A DNA stretch of 64,000 nt from Callorhinchus milii (GCF_018977255.1 NW_024704743.1:80230001-80294000), one strand, 5' to 3'; shown: positions 1 to 12,717, counted from the first letter of the stretch. Notes: generated by a model from the sequence alone, not told the origin. Numbers and translations are program-made.

Positions 1-179
1 CCATCACTCTGAAGACAACCATAATTGGCTGTAAGCAGCAGTTTAGTGCTCCTCAGCAAGTTGCCCTCAATATAAGATGGATTTGAGAAGAATGTTGCTG
101 AGCAGTGTCCTGAGTTGAAATCGGTCCAGTTCATAATCCAGCCCACGAGCTAATTTTTACTTCAATTCCCCTTCACCAG

Positions 180-227
180 ATGTTACTCATGTGCCTCTGG
201 ACCCCCATCTACAGTCCACTAATTCAG
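180..227 (+). other. Candidate 48-nt exon (unverified)
   Basis: Branch-like GCTAAT, pyrimidine tract TTTTTACTTCAATTCCCCTTCACCAG, then 48 nt, then CAG|GTATGT donor. Open in phase 0 and phase 1. No recognisable peptide. Confidence 0.2.
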
Positions 228-775
228 GTATGTTGCTCCGAGGCAATTCAGTGTTGGAACAGAATTCTTCTGAGTTGGCAGGTTCCCTCCACAAGATACA
301 GATATTGCTGCAAGCTACTTTTTCCAGCAACAAGGCCAACAACTCTTCTACTCTCCTGAGGAGTGACCATCTTCCAAATAGACTCTTATCATCACTTTGA
401 GCCATTGTCATCCTTCTGATGTGAAAGGCACTATACAAATGTAAACTGTATTATATTGCATCAGTGATCGCTATAAACCTTAGAATAATTTACACTAGAA
501 ATGTACATGTCAATAGGATGGCAATGACCCCTTGTGTTGGTGTTGTTTTTGTTCCGCCAATAAAGACACCTATCTTAATCCCAATTGTCTCATCCTCTAA
601 TATTCTTCCATTGAATATATTTATCTAATTTACTTTTAAATTCCCCCCAATTGACTCTACACCAACAGCAAGTCCTGGAAACTCATTCCACATTCTGAGA
701 ACCTTCTAAGAAAAAGGGTTCTATCCTAACTTCCCCTTTCAAGCTCCAGTTTATAAACTTAAGTTCATGCCTCCT

Positions 776-1465
776 CAATAATAATAATAATAATCGTTGC
801 ATTTGGTATAGTGCCTTATCAGATCTTTGAGACGTCTCAAAGCACTTAATAATAATAATAATAATAATCCTTGCATTTGATATAGCGCTTTTCACGTCGG
901 GAAGACGTCCCAAAGCGCTTCACAGAATATACCGTAAAGTGAATTGACTGTATATTTGTGGGCGAACGCGGCAGCCAATTGCGCACAGCAGTGTCCCACA
1001 AACAGTTGTGGATTGAAAATGACCAATTTATTATTGTTTGGGTTTTGGAGGGATTATTATTAGGCGTGTGGAGTAAGGAAACTTGCCCAAGGTCTCGCCC
1101 TGCCTGGAATTGAACTCAGGTCTCTCGCTTGCAAAGCGAGTGCTCTAACCACTGAGCTACAGGACTCCACAGGACTTCACACAATATATTGTAAAGTGAA
1201 TTGACTGTATATCTTGTGGGCGAAATGTAGCAGCCAATTTAACACAGCAGTGTGCCCCAAACAGTGAAATTAGTTTTATTTATTTTGAAAGAATTATTAT
1301 CCCTGGAAAAGTGATACATCAGTTGACTAACAACCGGGTTCCTACTTACTGCTAGGTAAACAGAGGCAGTGGAGTAAGGAAACTTGCCCAACGTTTCGCC
1401 CTTCCAGGAATTAAACCAGGTCCTCTTGTTTGCGAGGCAAATGATTTACTAAGTTACAGGACTCC
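776..1465 (-). mobile_element. Long-subtype tRNA-Ala SINE, split by a nested SINE
   Basis: Tail at 776-847 resumes at 1174 (CTTCACACAAT...) and runs through the long-subtype insert to the head ending GGACTCC at 1465. Confidence 0.8.
848..1168 (-). mobile_element. Short-subtype tRNA-Ala SINE, complete
   Basis: Reverse complement begins GGAGTCCTGTAGCTCAGTGGTTAGAGCACTCGCTTTGCAAGCGAG (A box, TGC loop, B box) and ends in an L2-like stem-loop plus (ATT)n. Confidence 0.92.
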
Positions 1466-1989
1466 ACAGGTCAAATCACCTGCCAGCAGAAATAGTTCTT
1501 CACTATTTATCCTCAAACACCTCCATCACATCACCTCTCAGTCTTCTCTGTTCCAGTAGAACTTCTCTAGTCTCTCCTCATCACTATATCTACTAATCGC
1601 TGGTATCTCTCGTGGTGAATCTACGCTGCACCATCCCCTCAGCTCTAATTCCTTTCTATAGTACAGCGACACCCTCAACAGTAAACAATATTGCTGCCTT
1701 TTTTGATTGATCTTCAAGTGATCACTAGAGGCATGTTAACTTTATTGTTAAGATGTTCACGGTAACAGAAACCTTTCAATGAATAATTAATTATCACATC
1801 AAATACCTTCACTTCTCCACCTCTGCTAATGGTATGATTCCCTTCAGCATATATACATAGCTACAGAATTTTGGTACAATGAAGTTACAGTACAATCCAC
1901 CTGGTTAACAGGTCCAAATATTTTTAAGGCTATTTTAATATATAAAATAACAGATGTTGCAAAGTTATTATTGCAAAGTTGTTGCAAAG

Positions 1990-2202
1990 GTGGCATGCAT
2001 TGCCTGAAAGGGTGGTGGAAGCTAATTCGATAACAACTTTTAAGAGAGAAGTAGATAATTATTTGGGAAGGACAAATTTGCAGGGCTATGGGGAGAGAAT
2101 GGGGGAGTGGGATTAATTTGGATAGCTCTTTTCAAAGAGCTGGCACAGACAAAATGCACCAAATGGCCTCCTTCTGTGCTGTATAATTCTATGATTCTAT
2201 GA
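1990..2202 (+). mobile_element. CR1-clade LINE 3' end
   Basis: TGCCTGAAAGGGTGGTGGAAGC...ATGGCCTCCTTCTGTGCTGTATAATTCTATGATTCTATGAT, with the (ATTCTATG)n terminus typical of CR1. Same family at 58775-58938. Confidence 0.8.
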
Positions 2203-2871
2203 TCCCACGCCTACTATTTGGATTTGATTTTTTTAAATATAAATTAAACTTTTCTTGTAAATATTCTCTGAGCCCTCAGGAAGTTTAGAGTAAGAGTGGG
2301 CTAATGAGACCATCAGCAAGCTTTTCAACAGCTGTTAGACCAATAACTTCCTTAGCACAAACTTCTCTTCCATCTGTCTCAGATGTGTGAGTTTGATAGC
2401 TGTGTCAAACTGTTTGCATTGCTGGCATAGCTTTCCCAGAAACCAGCTTTGTGTGTTGAGCAATGATTGGAATTGTTAGTGCTCAGCAGATTAGAGTGAA
2501 GATTGTCGATCGACAAAGGGCTAGGAAATGATTGTATATTCTTAAACTGAATAGCCCTTCAACTCATCACCTGGACATTAGCCCTGCAGCCTTATGTTGT
2601 GCATTGCTTCAAGAGAAAACTGACCAGATTCAACCTTTACTGATTGTTCCATTGGAAACCTGCGTGTGTGTGCATGTGTGTATTGGTACCTCTGAGCTTG
2701 CATGCATGCATGTGAGTATCAGCGTTTACATGGGGGCAAAGACAAAGGGAGCATGGGTGTGAACCATTGCACATTTTGGAATCAACTTACTCAATGACAA
2801 GGTTGTTGGATTATTTAACATATAGCCAGTGGAGCCAAGGAAAAAACCTACTATACTCAGGTTTTACTTAC

Positions 2872-3035
2872 TCTTTCTCAGAAAAGCGATCCACCAATCG
2901 ACTAACATCCGGGTTCCTATTTACTACTTGTTAAACAGAGGCATGTGGAGTAAGAAAACATGCCCAACATTTCGCCCTGCCGGGAATCAAATCCAGGTCA
3001 AGTAGCTTGCGAGGCGCTTGCTCTAACCACTGAGC
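2872..3035 (-). mobile_element. Long-subtype SINE, 5' half
   Basis: Matches head and insert of the copies at 33722 and 47056. Confidence 0.8.
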
Positions 3036-3734
3036 AAAAGTTATATGGTACAATACAGAGTGCCTGTTCAATTACAGGTTACACAAAACATATAGATTTA
3101 TAGATTTAAGTGTCACACATGTTATAATAATAATATTTTTGATGGAGGCAAGGGTTGAGCTGGAAAGGGGGGTAAGAGCTCATGAACCCTGGATTTTGAC
3201 AGGGGTAGGGTGGGGGTGGTGGGTGGGGGGGGGCTTGAAATTGGAAGAATCTATTCAAACATGAAAAAAATCATTTAAAAAATGTATTCTGTTGAATAAA
3301 GTGGAGCCAAGTCATTTTGTTAGCAAAGCATTTCAAAATAAGAAGCTTTAACTTAATGATAGAGCTCTTTATAGGCCAGCCTAACATCATACATCAGTCT
3401 CTTGAATGTGCCAGATTCTACGGTTGATGCTGGCACACATCTGTCAGCAAGTACTTTTGGATTGAGGGGAGATGCTCATTTACTTGTGATGTTGCTGGAG
3501 CTCACATTTTCAAGACATTTGGTTGTTTTCTCTGGGGATGATTGCTCTGTGACTAGCTGGCCCACTTGTCACATTTCATACTGAGGAGATTCACTTGTAT
3601 TCCCCACCGAATGCACATCCTTTGACTTATTTCTCAAAACGGCTAATCCTGATCTGTGCTCTCGCCCCTCTCCTAGTGTTATCTGGATTCCTATTATACC
3701 ACCTTGTCACTTTTCTCAATGTTTGTTGGATAAT

Positions 3735-3955
3735 TGGTGTCTGACACACATGTGGAAACCCACCTCTATGTTTAAAAGCATCTAAACCAGACTATGAATT
3801 CCACATATTGTATTGCCTTTGTCTGGAATGGAACGCGCACTCTCCCCAGAGGGATGCACTCTGCTTACTAAACTCCAGAGAGTGTTAGTTACAGTTGGCA
3901 AGAGCCAAGGAGCCTTAGTGAGGTACTGCTGAATTTCGACCAGATAAAACCACGT
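3735..3955 (-). repeat. Unclassified dispersed repeat, copy A
   Basis: Reverse complement aligns by eye with 12718-13566 and 15495-15810; same orientation as 50832-51003. Strand is given relative to copies B and C. Confidence 0.65.
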
Positions 3956-5907
3956 TACCTGCCATTTTAGGTGAATGTGGAAGCCAATTTGCACACAGCA
4001 ATGTCCCACAAACAGCCATTTAATAAATGAATGAGATGACTTGAAGACGTGATAAGGTGCTATATCAAATGCAAGGTTATTATTATGTTTATTTGGAGGA
4101 TTGTTAGACAGGACATCGGGAGAAACTCTTTTATTTTCAAATAGCCCTGACTGCCTGTTCAGGTGGACAGGAAACTGGTAGAAACTTCTTTCTCTTATTG
4201 AAAAGTGACATGGGATCTTTCCACCTGAACAGGACACTGGGATACTGGCCAAAACATACAATTCGCAGAGAGACCGGGTAAAACATGCCTATCTTTGAGA
4301 TTGGGTAAAACACGTCAATCCAAAGCCATTTGAAGTTTGGATGCTATAGAGGTTTACATTCAACCTCAAAGCTGCAAATTCAGAGTTGATATCTCTGGCC
4401 CTGTAGCTTGTGGTCTCTCTGACTGTTCGTTAACAGTTGTGAAAATGTTGAAAGATTACTGTGCTCGTTTGTATTGAGTCAACAATTGATATTGAGAAAT
4501 CTTAAAGAACAGGTGTCTGGACACGAATTCCACACAAGCATTTAAGCTCCTGGCTGGTTTCCAGTCTTCTAACAGACCAAGAGGTGGGAGAGCACAAAGG
4601 ACAAAACTGGATTGCTTTTCAGCAGCTGGTGTTAGTGCAGGCGATTCAGTAAGAGTGATACAGGAAAGGCTTGTTCTTAACCCAGGAGTCAGCAGCAAGG
4701 GTGGCCGAGGCTTAGTGTGCCAAAGAATGACAACAAGAACGAGAGAAAGAAAACATTCAGGGTTGAATTTCTTTCACAGCATATATCATTTCTGCTTGCT
4801 CTTACACAAAGCCCTTTAAAATGTTGACTTTTACAGACATGGAGCACAAAGGCTGAAAGTAATGTTACACTTCATCCCGATAGAAGTCCAATCAACCATT
4901 GCCTCAACGTCCATCAACATGCTCTCGTGCGTGGGCTGTAAACTGTGTGACACAGTCTTTGACTCAAAGCATGTCCTGGCATGATTTTCCTTTAAACATA
5001 GAAGTCAGTCAACCTGTGCTCCCATACTGCCAGAGAATTTGGGCAGGTTCCTGCTGACTGTGAAGCTGCTAACACTTTTCGACATGGTTTGTCAAAGTTT
5101 TCATTTTTTTTCTAAAAGGCTGACCTTCACCATAAATGCTATGCACAAACACAATAATAATATTAATACGTGTCTTTCACATTGGGAGGATGTCCCAAAG
5201 CACTTCACACAATATACTGTAAATTGGAGTGATCATGTGGGTGGACATAAATCACAAAATGATTTGGGCGTCAGCATCAGTGCCAATAAATGGACAAGAA
5301 TCATTCATTGAACCTGGGGCTGGTAGTTCAGTCCCAATAGTGAATTATTCCTTCAAGAATTCCTCCTTTATGGCCATTAACAGGCACTAACAGGCTAAAT
5401 TGGCTTTTTTTTGTGTGAAATATTTAAACTCCAGTTTCTTCATCTTGGATGAAGAATGCCCTTCAGTTCATTGGATCTCATCCTTCCAGAATATCTACTC
5501 TGCCATTCCTTCCATCACAGCATCAAGATGTTTCTTTAGATGAGTTTGGTATCCTGGCTTCAATTACTCTGTGAAAAGTTTTAAATGTAGACGACGCATC
5601 CTTTGGCACTAATAATAATAATAATCCTTGCATTTGGCATAGCAGCTTATCGTGTAGTTGAGATGTCTCCAAGTGCTTCACATGATATATTGTAAAGTGG
5701 ATTGACTCTGTATTTCGTGGACGTAACCCCCAGCATTACACACATTCCTCTAATGGTAAGATTGACAAAAGGATTTGCAACTAGTAAATCCTGCAGCTCC
5801 CCAGATATGTCTGAACCCAGCCTGGTGGAACTCTGCTCGCATATCGAATGACTGCAATCTCCTATCCAGTGACCCAGCAGAAATCCTGAGTTCGGTCAGA
5901 CACTCAC

Positions 5908-5973
5908 CCAGAAATGTGTAGGATTCACTAGTTATAAATTCTATCACAAATCTCGCGTTAGACTGCGGCATGG
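5908..5973 (-). other. Candidate 66-nt phase-1 exon (xMPQSNARFVIEFITSESYTFL)
   Basis: Acceptor TTTGCTGTTTTTAG and donor TGG|GTGAGT. Open only in phase 1; retains CpGs. Peptide not recognised. Confidence 0.35.
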
Positions 5974-6381
5974 CTAAAAACAGCAAACATTGGAATTTGC
6001 GTTTTTATTCTCTAGATGTTACAGGATGAAGCTATTTCCCACACTAAAATTTGAATTGCATAGGACACAGTAGATGTAACTTATCGAAGGAGGCACATAC
6101 ACTCAGACACTAATATAGTTTCACTGGGAACTAAATGCAAGTGATTTTTCCACAAACTTGGAGTAATGATGTTCCGATAGTTAAATGTTAACATCACTGT
6201 GAATGAACAATGTAGAACAGACTAACAATGGTGTCCACACAGATGCAGCTCATCAAAACCTTGTTTGTATTATGAAAAGGAAAAAAAGTTGCAGTGATGT
6301 TGAAGTTATAATCCAATCTCAGGTTCAAAGTAATACTTTACTGCTAATTTTTTTATTATAGGCAGCAAAAAAACATGTCAG

Positions 6382-6750
6382 ACTGGCTCAGCTGATAGCA
6401 CTCTGAGTCAGAAGATTGTGGATTGAAGCCCCACATTGGGACTTTGAACTCCTAGTCTAGGCTGACACTTCAAAGCAGCACTAGGGGACAGCTGTATTGT
6501 TCCAGATGCTGTCATTCATATATGACATTGAACTAAGGCCCTGACTGCCTGTTCCGGTGAATATTATAGATCCCCTGGCATTAATTGAAAAGAGAAGAGA
6601 GTTCCTCCTGGTATCCTTGCCAAGAATCACCCAAATAAAGCAGTTAATTTCACGACTGTTTGCGAGACATTGGCTGCTGGGGTCACCTACAAATACACAG
6701 TCAATAAGCTTTACATCTTGTAAAATACATCTTCTGAAGTGTTTTGATCA
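6382..6750 (+). mobile_element. Old Deu-domain tRNA SINE
   Basis: Degenerate head (CTGGCTCAGCTGATAGCACTCTGAGTCAGAAG) and Deu-like core (CCCTGACTGCCTGTTCCGGTG...GATCCCCTGGCA...GAGTTCCTCCTGG). Confidence 0.7.
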
Positions 6751-6804
6751 TTGCAAGTGTCGAGATGCACTGAGAAGCCGTCCAACTGATCACAAGTAGT
6801 TAAT

Positions 6805-6820
6805 CACTGCCCTCTAGGGG
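6805..6820 (-). promoter_or_regulatory. Candidate CTCF motif
   Basis: Reverse complement CCCCTAGAGGGCAGTG closely fits the CTCF core. Motif match only. Confidence 0.35.
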
Positions 6821-7374
6821 ATACATCTGGCATGTCATTCCATGGAAAATGCAAATACCGTAACATAAATCATTTAATGTATCAAACTTTTGTGGTTGGC
6901 TCGATTTTTCATCTTTTTGCGGCAAACAAATTTTTGTGGAAGGCCCACATTAAGAGGAATGAAAATGGGTCAATATAAAGCGGGATGCAATAAAAATAAT
7001 TGAAAACGCTTTTTTATTTTTCTGTCATTTCCCTGTGAGCGTGGGGAGTGGCTGAGCTGTGTGCTCGCAGGTGGCAGCCTCTCGAGAACAGTTCAAACTG
7101 TTCGCACAAGACTGGCACATGCGCACAAGCCTAGCCGCTTCCTGCACTCACAACTAAGGGTTTTGCTTTCTTTGTAAATTATTACGCAATTATTTAATTT
7201 TGCTTATACTGTAGCGGTTTCCGCAGCAATTATTAAGTGAAAAAATATTTACGTATACAGGTCACAACAATTTCTGAATTATGCAGATCATGTTGGGCTC
7301 TTTGTTGACAATTATGAGTTTGATTAACAGATCAGAAAATATTTCTTTTAAACTATTATGTGGTCGAAAGATGA

Positions 7375-7650
7375 CATAGAATATTACAAGGAAAGAAGCC
7401 GTTTGGCCTGACTAGTCTGTGCCGGAGTATACACTCCATATGAACCTCCACCCGTCCTCTCCTCTCCTCTACCCCTCTTTTCCCTTCTCCCTCATGTATC
7501 TATCAAGTTTTCACATAAATACATTGAGGCTTTCTGCTTGAACTGCAGCTTTTGCCAGTGGGTTCCACATTTTCACCATTCTCTAAGAAGTTCCTCATAA
7601 ACTACCTTTTAGATCTGCCACTGACCTATCTTATCTTATATCCTGTCATT
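7375..7650 (-). mobile_element. CR1-clade 3' end, degenerate
   Basis: CATAGAATATTACAAGGAAAGAAGCCGTTTGGCC...GGGTTCCACATTTTCACC. Confidence 0.6.
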
Positions 7651-7654
7651 TTGG

Positions 7655-8123
7655 ACAATGACAACAACAACATTACATTTGTGAAGCTTCTTTCATGTCA
7701 GGAGGATGTCCCAAGGCGCTGAACAGTAGGGGATCAGGACCCGAGCATGGGGGGTAAGGGTTGGGGTGAAGGAGGGCAGAGAGGTAGGAGGGCAGCTGAA
7801 GGCACAGTCAAAAAGGAGGGTCTTGAGTCATGCCTTGAAGGAGGTGGCGGAGGGAGCAAGGCGAAGGCATTGTGGGGCGGAGTTCCAAAGGAAGGGGATA
7901 GAGAAGCTGAAAGCCCGGTCATCGATGGTAGGCTGGGTCGGGCGGGAGACATATGGAGCAGGCCGGAGTCTGCTGAACAGAGGGAGCGGACAGGGTGATA
8001 GGGGATCAGTAGGTCAGAGAGATAGGCGGGGGCAAAGCAGTGGAGGGCCTTGAAAGTGAGGACGAGGATTTTGAATTCTATCCTCTGAGGGATGGGGAGC
8101 CAATCGAGCCGGGCGAGGATGGG
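7655..8123 (-). mobile_element. L2 LINE 3' fragment
   Basis: Encodes [25 protein letters not shown]; has the 3' stem-loop and (GTT)n tail. Confidence 0.9.
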
Positions 8124-8166
8124 ACTCAGCAACAAGTGGAAACAGTCTATAACCAACCAACTTATT

Positions 8167-8475
8167 GGAGTCCTGTAGCTCAGTGGTTAGAGCACTCGCT
8201 TTGCAAGTGAGAGACCTGAGTTCAATTCCAGGCAGGGCGAAACCTTAGGCAAGTTTCCTTACTCCACACGCCTAATAATAATCCCTCCAAAAGCAATAAT
8301 AAATTGGTCATTTTCAATCTACGACTGTTTGTGGGACATTGCTGTGCACAATTGGCTGCCGCGTTCGCCCACAAATATTCAGTCAATTCACTTTACAGTA
8401 TATTCTGTGAAGTGTTTTGAGACGTCTAGAAGATGTGAAAAGCGCTATATCAAATGCAAGGATTATTATTATTAT
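8167..8475 (+). mobile_element. Short-subtype tRNA-Ala SINE, complete
   Basis: A box TAGCTCAGTGG, B box AGTTCAATTCC, L2-like tail, (ATT)n. Confidence 0.92.
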
Positions 8476-10166
8476 ATTGAATCCTTTCATGTATGAATAC
8501 ACTGTATATTCCTGCAACTCACAGAAACAAATACAGAATTACAGAAGATCCCAAACACTTTTGCAAAGTTCATTATAGAATTGCCAGGTTGAATCTCACT
8601 CTATGCTCAGTTAGTTGATATACTCAATCTGCAATTTCTTAATATTCACCATGTATGTGAAGTGAAAAAATTAATGTATGTCACTATTTAATGAAAATAA
8701 GTATCTCCTTGTGTCCACCAGTCACATGTGTATTCCTTTCATTATTTTAAATATGTCATTCAAATCATCCCTTAACCTCATCTGCACTAAGGAATATGAT
8801 CCCAGTCTATCCAAACTCTCATCATAGATGACTCCCTTCAAGCCAGGTATTAGTCCAGTGAGGCTCCAAGGTAGTTTATCCTTGTAGTTTTGTGTGCCCC
8901 AAACTGAACAAGGTCTATAAATGAGGTCTGACTGGCACTCTGCATAAAGGAGCAGTACTATCCCATTACAGAACCAAAAGATATGATTGCTATGTATCTG
9001 ACATGATCAACCTTAGTTTGTTCTTCATAATAATGACACGCCAAAAAATAGGGAGTGGTACAACTGCTCTTCCTTGGCAATGGGCCTATAAATGATTGAA
9101 ATAATATTTTAAAAATTATCTCACCCCTACTAAGACACTCTTCCTTCTTCCCCATCATTGGCAACAGTGGATTTATTGACTGACTTTCTGCATCTGCAAA
9201 CTATATTTTAATGATCTGTAGGTCTGAACCTCTCTTTGCTCAGTGTTAAATGAGTCAATGACCGTGCTGTTTTGCAAAAAAAACAGTCCCTGTTTTGACA
9301 ATAATTCTTGGTAAAAATGCTTTGGGAAGTTTTGATGTTTTAAGGTGCTATAAAAATGCAAGTTGTTTGTTTCTCCTATAAATTCCTGGGTTTACAGAAT
9401 GTAGAAAAACATGCAGAAGCTCAGCCTGTGGCACTGGACTTGTGGCTCAAACCTTCAATTGCCGTTTAGCATGTGAAGTCTCATAAATAAAGCCTCTCAT
9501 CTCTGGCATCATCCCAATCTCGCTCTACACGATGCCTTAATAATAATAACAATAATTGTTGCATTTGGTATAGTGCCTCATCATGTTGTCGAGATGTCTC
9601 AAATTGTTTCAAAGGATATACTGTGAAATAATGTGACTGTGTGTGTTTTAGGGGCAAATTAGGTAGGCATCATGTACAATTGGCAATAACCCCAAAACAG
9701 CCATGAAGTGAATGATCAATTTTATTTGGGGGATTGTTGGCCATGACACCAGGGGAAACGAGCTTCTCTTTTTGAATAGTGCCATGAGTGGTGAGAATAC
9801 TACCAATTGAGCCAGACTGATGTATCTCCTTCCTAAAGGATAAAGTCTAAAACCAGACATAATGGGATGAAATTGGCAAGTTTTAAATAGTTTCACGTGA
9901 TAATTAGCACCGGGCAATATTGAATGAACATAGGTAATGTGAATTATTACAAGGGCAGAATTTCTTATTATTTGGTGTTTAACACTAAAAAGCCTCCAGG
10001 GAGCAGCACACCTCTCTCAGAGAATCTTTTGTTCGTCTGCTTCTCTCACTTCACAACCGACTGGCATCTGGATTTTCAAGGGAGGAATCCTTTATTTTAA
10101 ACTATAGTTTCTGGAACAGCTTTGAACATATATAATTATTTTCTAGTTGTGATGTGGTGAAAAATA

Positions 10167-10498
10167 CAACAACAACAGATTGCATTTTTATAACACCTTT
10201 CATATTGTTTCATACCTTTCATTTCATGTGGAAAAAGTGCTGGATTGTGAAGAGCTTGCATCCGAGCTGGGGCTTGGATTCGGGAGGGGAATGAGGTGGG
10301 AAGATGACTGAAGGTTTGGCATTGAGACGGACCTTGAAGGAGACAAGACAAGAGGCAAGATGAAGGGTCTCCATGATGGAGTTCCAGAGCGTGCGGGCGG
10401 AAAGGTTGCCAAAGAAGGGGTGGGCAGAGTGAGGAATGTGAAGGAGGATAGTGCCTGCTGAGCAGAGGGAATGGGTGGGTTGGAGAGAGCACGGGTCT
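10167..10498 (-). mobile_element. Degenerate L2 3' fragment
   Basis: LWNS...LASCLVSFKVRL peptide and (GTT)n tail. Confidence 0.75.
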
Positions 10499-10819
10499 GG
10501 TTTCTGGCCTTCAGACAACTTTGCTGCCACATTCTCTTTAATATTGTGCACTTGGATTTTTCAGTAAGCTTTCGATGTGGCCACTTTATCTAACATCTTT
10601 TCATGTTTGAAAAATCCATATATACAAGGTTACTGTATTTATTTTGTCAACACACTCAGTTGTTTCCTCAAAGAACTCTTAAATTTGTCAAGCATGCCAT
10701 GTCTTTTGTAAATTGGTACTGGTTATCTTCAATTAACCCAAGCCTCTTTAAGAGAATACCAATTTTGAATTTGACATAGTACCAAAATATCTTCATGTAC
10801 TTTATATAACAAAGCTAAT

Positions 10820-11128
10820 CTGCACCAGGAATGATCCACAAACAGCAGTAAGATGAATGGCTGATTGATTTGATCTGGTGGATTTGGATAAGGGAGGAAC
10901 ATTGGTCAGAGTACCAGGTACCAGAGAACCTATTGCTCTTCTTCAAAATGACATGGGAAATTTAACGTTGCCTTGAACCATCTGAATAAGCAACTTGGCT
11001 GGGAATTTTGTTTAACGTCTCATCCAAAGAACAGTAACCCCAACATTTCAGCATTTCCTCACTTTTGCATTACAGTGTCAGCCAACTGACATGGAGGTGA
11101 GAGTGCTACCAACTGAACAAAACTGACA
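10820..11128 (-). mobile_element. Old Deu-domain SINE
   Basis: TTTAACGTCTCATCCAAAG and GAGAGTGCTACCAACTGA are reverse complements of the Deu core and the tRNA head. Confidence 0.65.
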
Positions 11129-12396
11129 GTGTTAAATATAGATGATTAGCCATCACTAATCACCAGCATTTAACAATGTGGATTATGAATGGATTATGAC
11201 AACCAGCCATGGAAATAAATAGGTTGAGCAATGCTGATGACTTGTCACTTTAAACCAAACACACATGGATGATTCACAAGGGAACTTGATTTACTTAAAA
11301 AAACTTAGTTTGGCTGTGGCATTCAACTGAACATCGCTAACTGATCTGTCAGATCCCACATATGGTGTAATTCCTCCTCGCCACTAAAATACAAACAGTA
11401 TCATAAAAAGCCCTCACTGTGTATATAGCAGCACGTCTACTGGTGGTACCTAGGAGCATACAGGGCTGGAAGAGGCCATTACAGTCCATCTAGTAAAGAT
11501 GAATTGGGAGAAAACAAATCCGCTGTGACTGAATAAAAACTCTACAGTTATCTTTACTGTTGCTGAACATGCTTTATATTAGTAGCTGAGAGTTTACACA
11601 TAACAACGTTTCCAGAGGTGGTGTAAGGCAATACATCTTTGAGGTTATGCTGAACTTTTGCCAGCACATTAGTCTAGCCTGTCATATAATTCCTTGCTAC
11701 AAGCAAGAAACCCCTAGATGACACAGAGCTTTTAATAAATAAATGCTTTCCACTGGAATAGCATAGTGCTTACAGAGTTAAGGATGAATAGGGTTGGAAT
11801 ATACAAGAGGGCTGAAACAGCTGTTAAAAGTGCATTGGATTTAAAACTACACTAGAGAAGTGAGGCAATTAAAGGAGTATGGCCATCAGAAATTTAACCA
11901 GGAAATGAATGGCAATCCAGAAGCTATTGATACAATAACCCTTAAAAAATAATTGTATTTCTCTTTAATCTTTGCCAAGGGTTCAATAAATCCACAAAAT
12001 CCATTTTCTTTTTTTGTAGCTGATAAGTTACTGAAGCATCACTGAAACCTTTGAATGTCTTCATTGTCCACAGAAATGCCATTTCATTCCCTGATCCAAT
12101 AAATGGGAGAAATTAAGATGAATTATAGTTATCTGGGAATTCAGAGAATTATTACTCACCAGTTTGTTTTTCTTCAAAAAAGTATACAAGTTTTAATATG
12201 ATAATAAATAAGCTGTAATCCTTGCATTTAATGTAGTGCCTGTCACGTCCGGTTCCTGAGCCAGAGGGATCTGCAGTCCTCCAGGACAATGTTGATGGCA
12301 GGCCGGCTGGTCTGGATCATCAGCAGGTCTCGTGGGCAGGCAGATCTCTCACTAGGTGAAGGGATTCCTGCAAGCCAAAGACCTAATGAGTAAGAT

Positions 12397-12711
12397 GGAG
12401 TCCTGTAGCTCAGTGGTTAGAGCACTCGCCTTGCAAGCGAGACACCTGGGTTCAATTCCATGCAGGGTGAAACCTTGGGCAAGTTTCCTTACTCCACATG
12501 CCTAATAATAATCCCTCCAAAATAAAAAAAAGATTGGTCATTTTCAATCCATGACTGTTTGTGGGACACTGCTGTGCGCCATTGGCTGCTGCGTTTCGCC
12601 CACAAATATACGGTCAATTCACTTTATAGCATATTCTGTGAAGTGCTTTGAGACATCTGAAAGATGTGAAAAGTGTTATATCAAATGCAAGGATTATTAT
12701 TATTATCATTA
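12397..12711 (+). mobile_element. Short-subtype tRNA-Ala SINE with target-site duplication
   Basis: Complete copy flanked by TAAGAT at 12391-12396 and 12712-12717. Confidence 0.93.
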
Positions 12712-12717
12712 TAAGAT

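Larger units (their letters stand above)
560..1700 (-). mobile_element. Degenerate CR1-clade LINE 3' region, interrupted by SINEs at 776-1465
   Basis: Minus-strand CR1-like text (TCATTCCACATTCTGAGAACC; CCTCTCAGTCTTCTCTGTTCCAG) on both sides of the SINE cluster. Confidence 0.55.

Noticed and set aside
3202..3233. G-quadruplex-forming G run
   Set aside because: Isolated low-complexity tract with no supporting context.
4456..4820. Frames open on both strands for 80-110 codons
   Set aside because: No convincing splice sites or recognisable peptide.
8167..8240. tRNA-Ala gene
   Set aside because: No complete acceptor stem, and it runs into a SINE body and tail; many dispersed copies.
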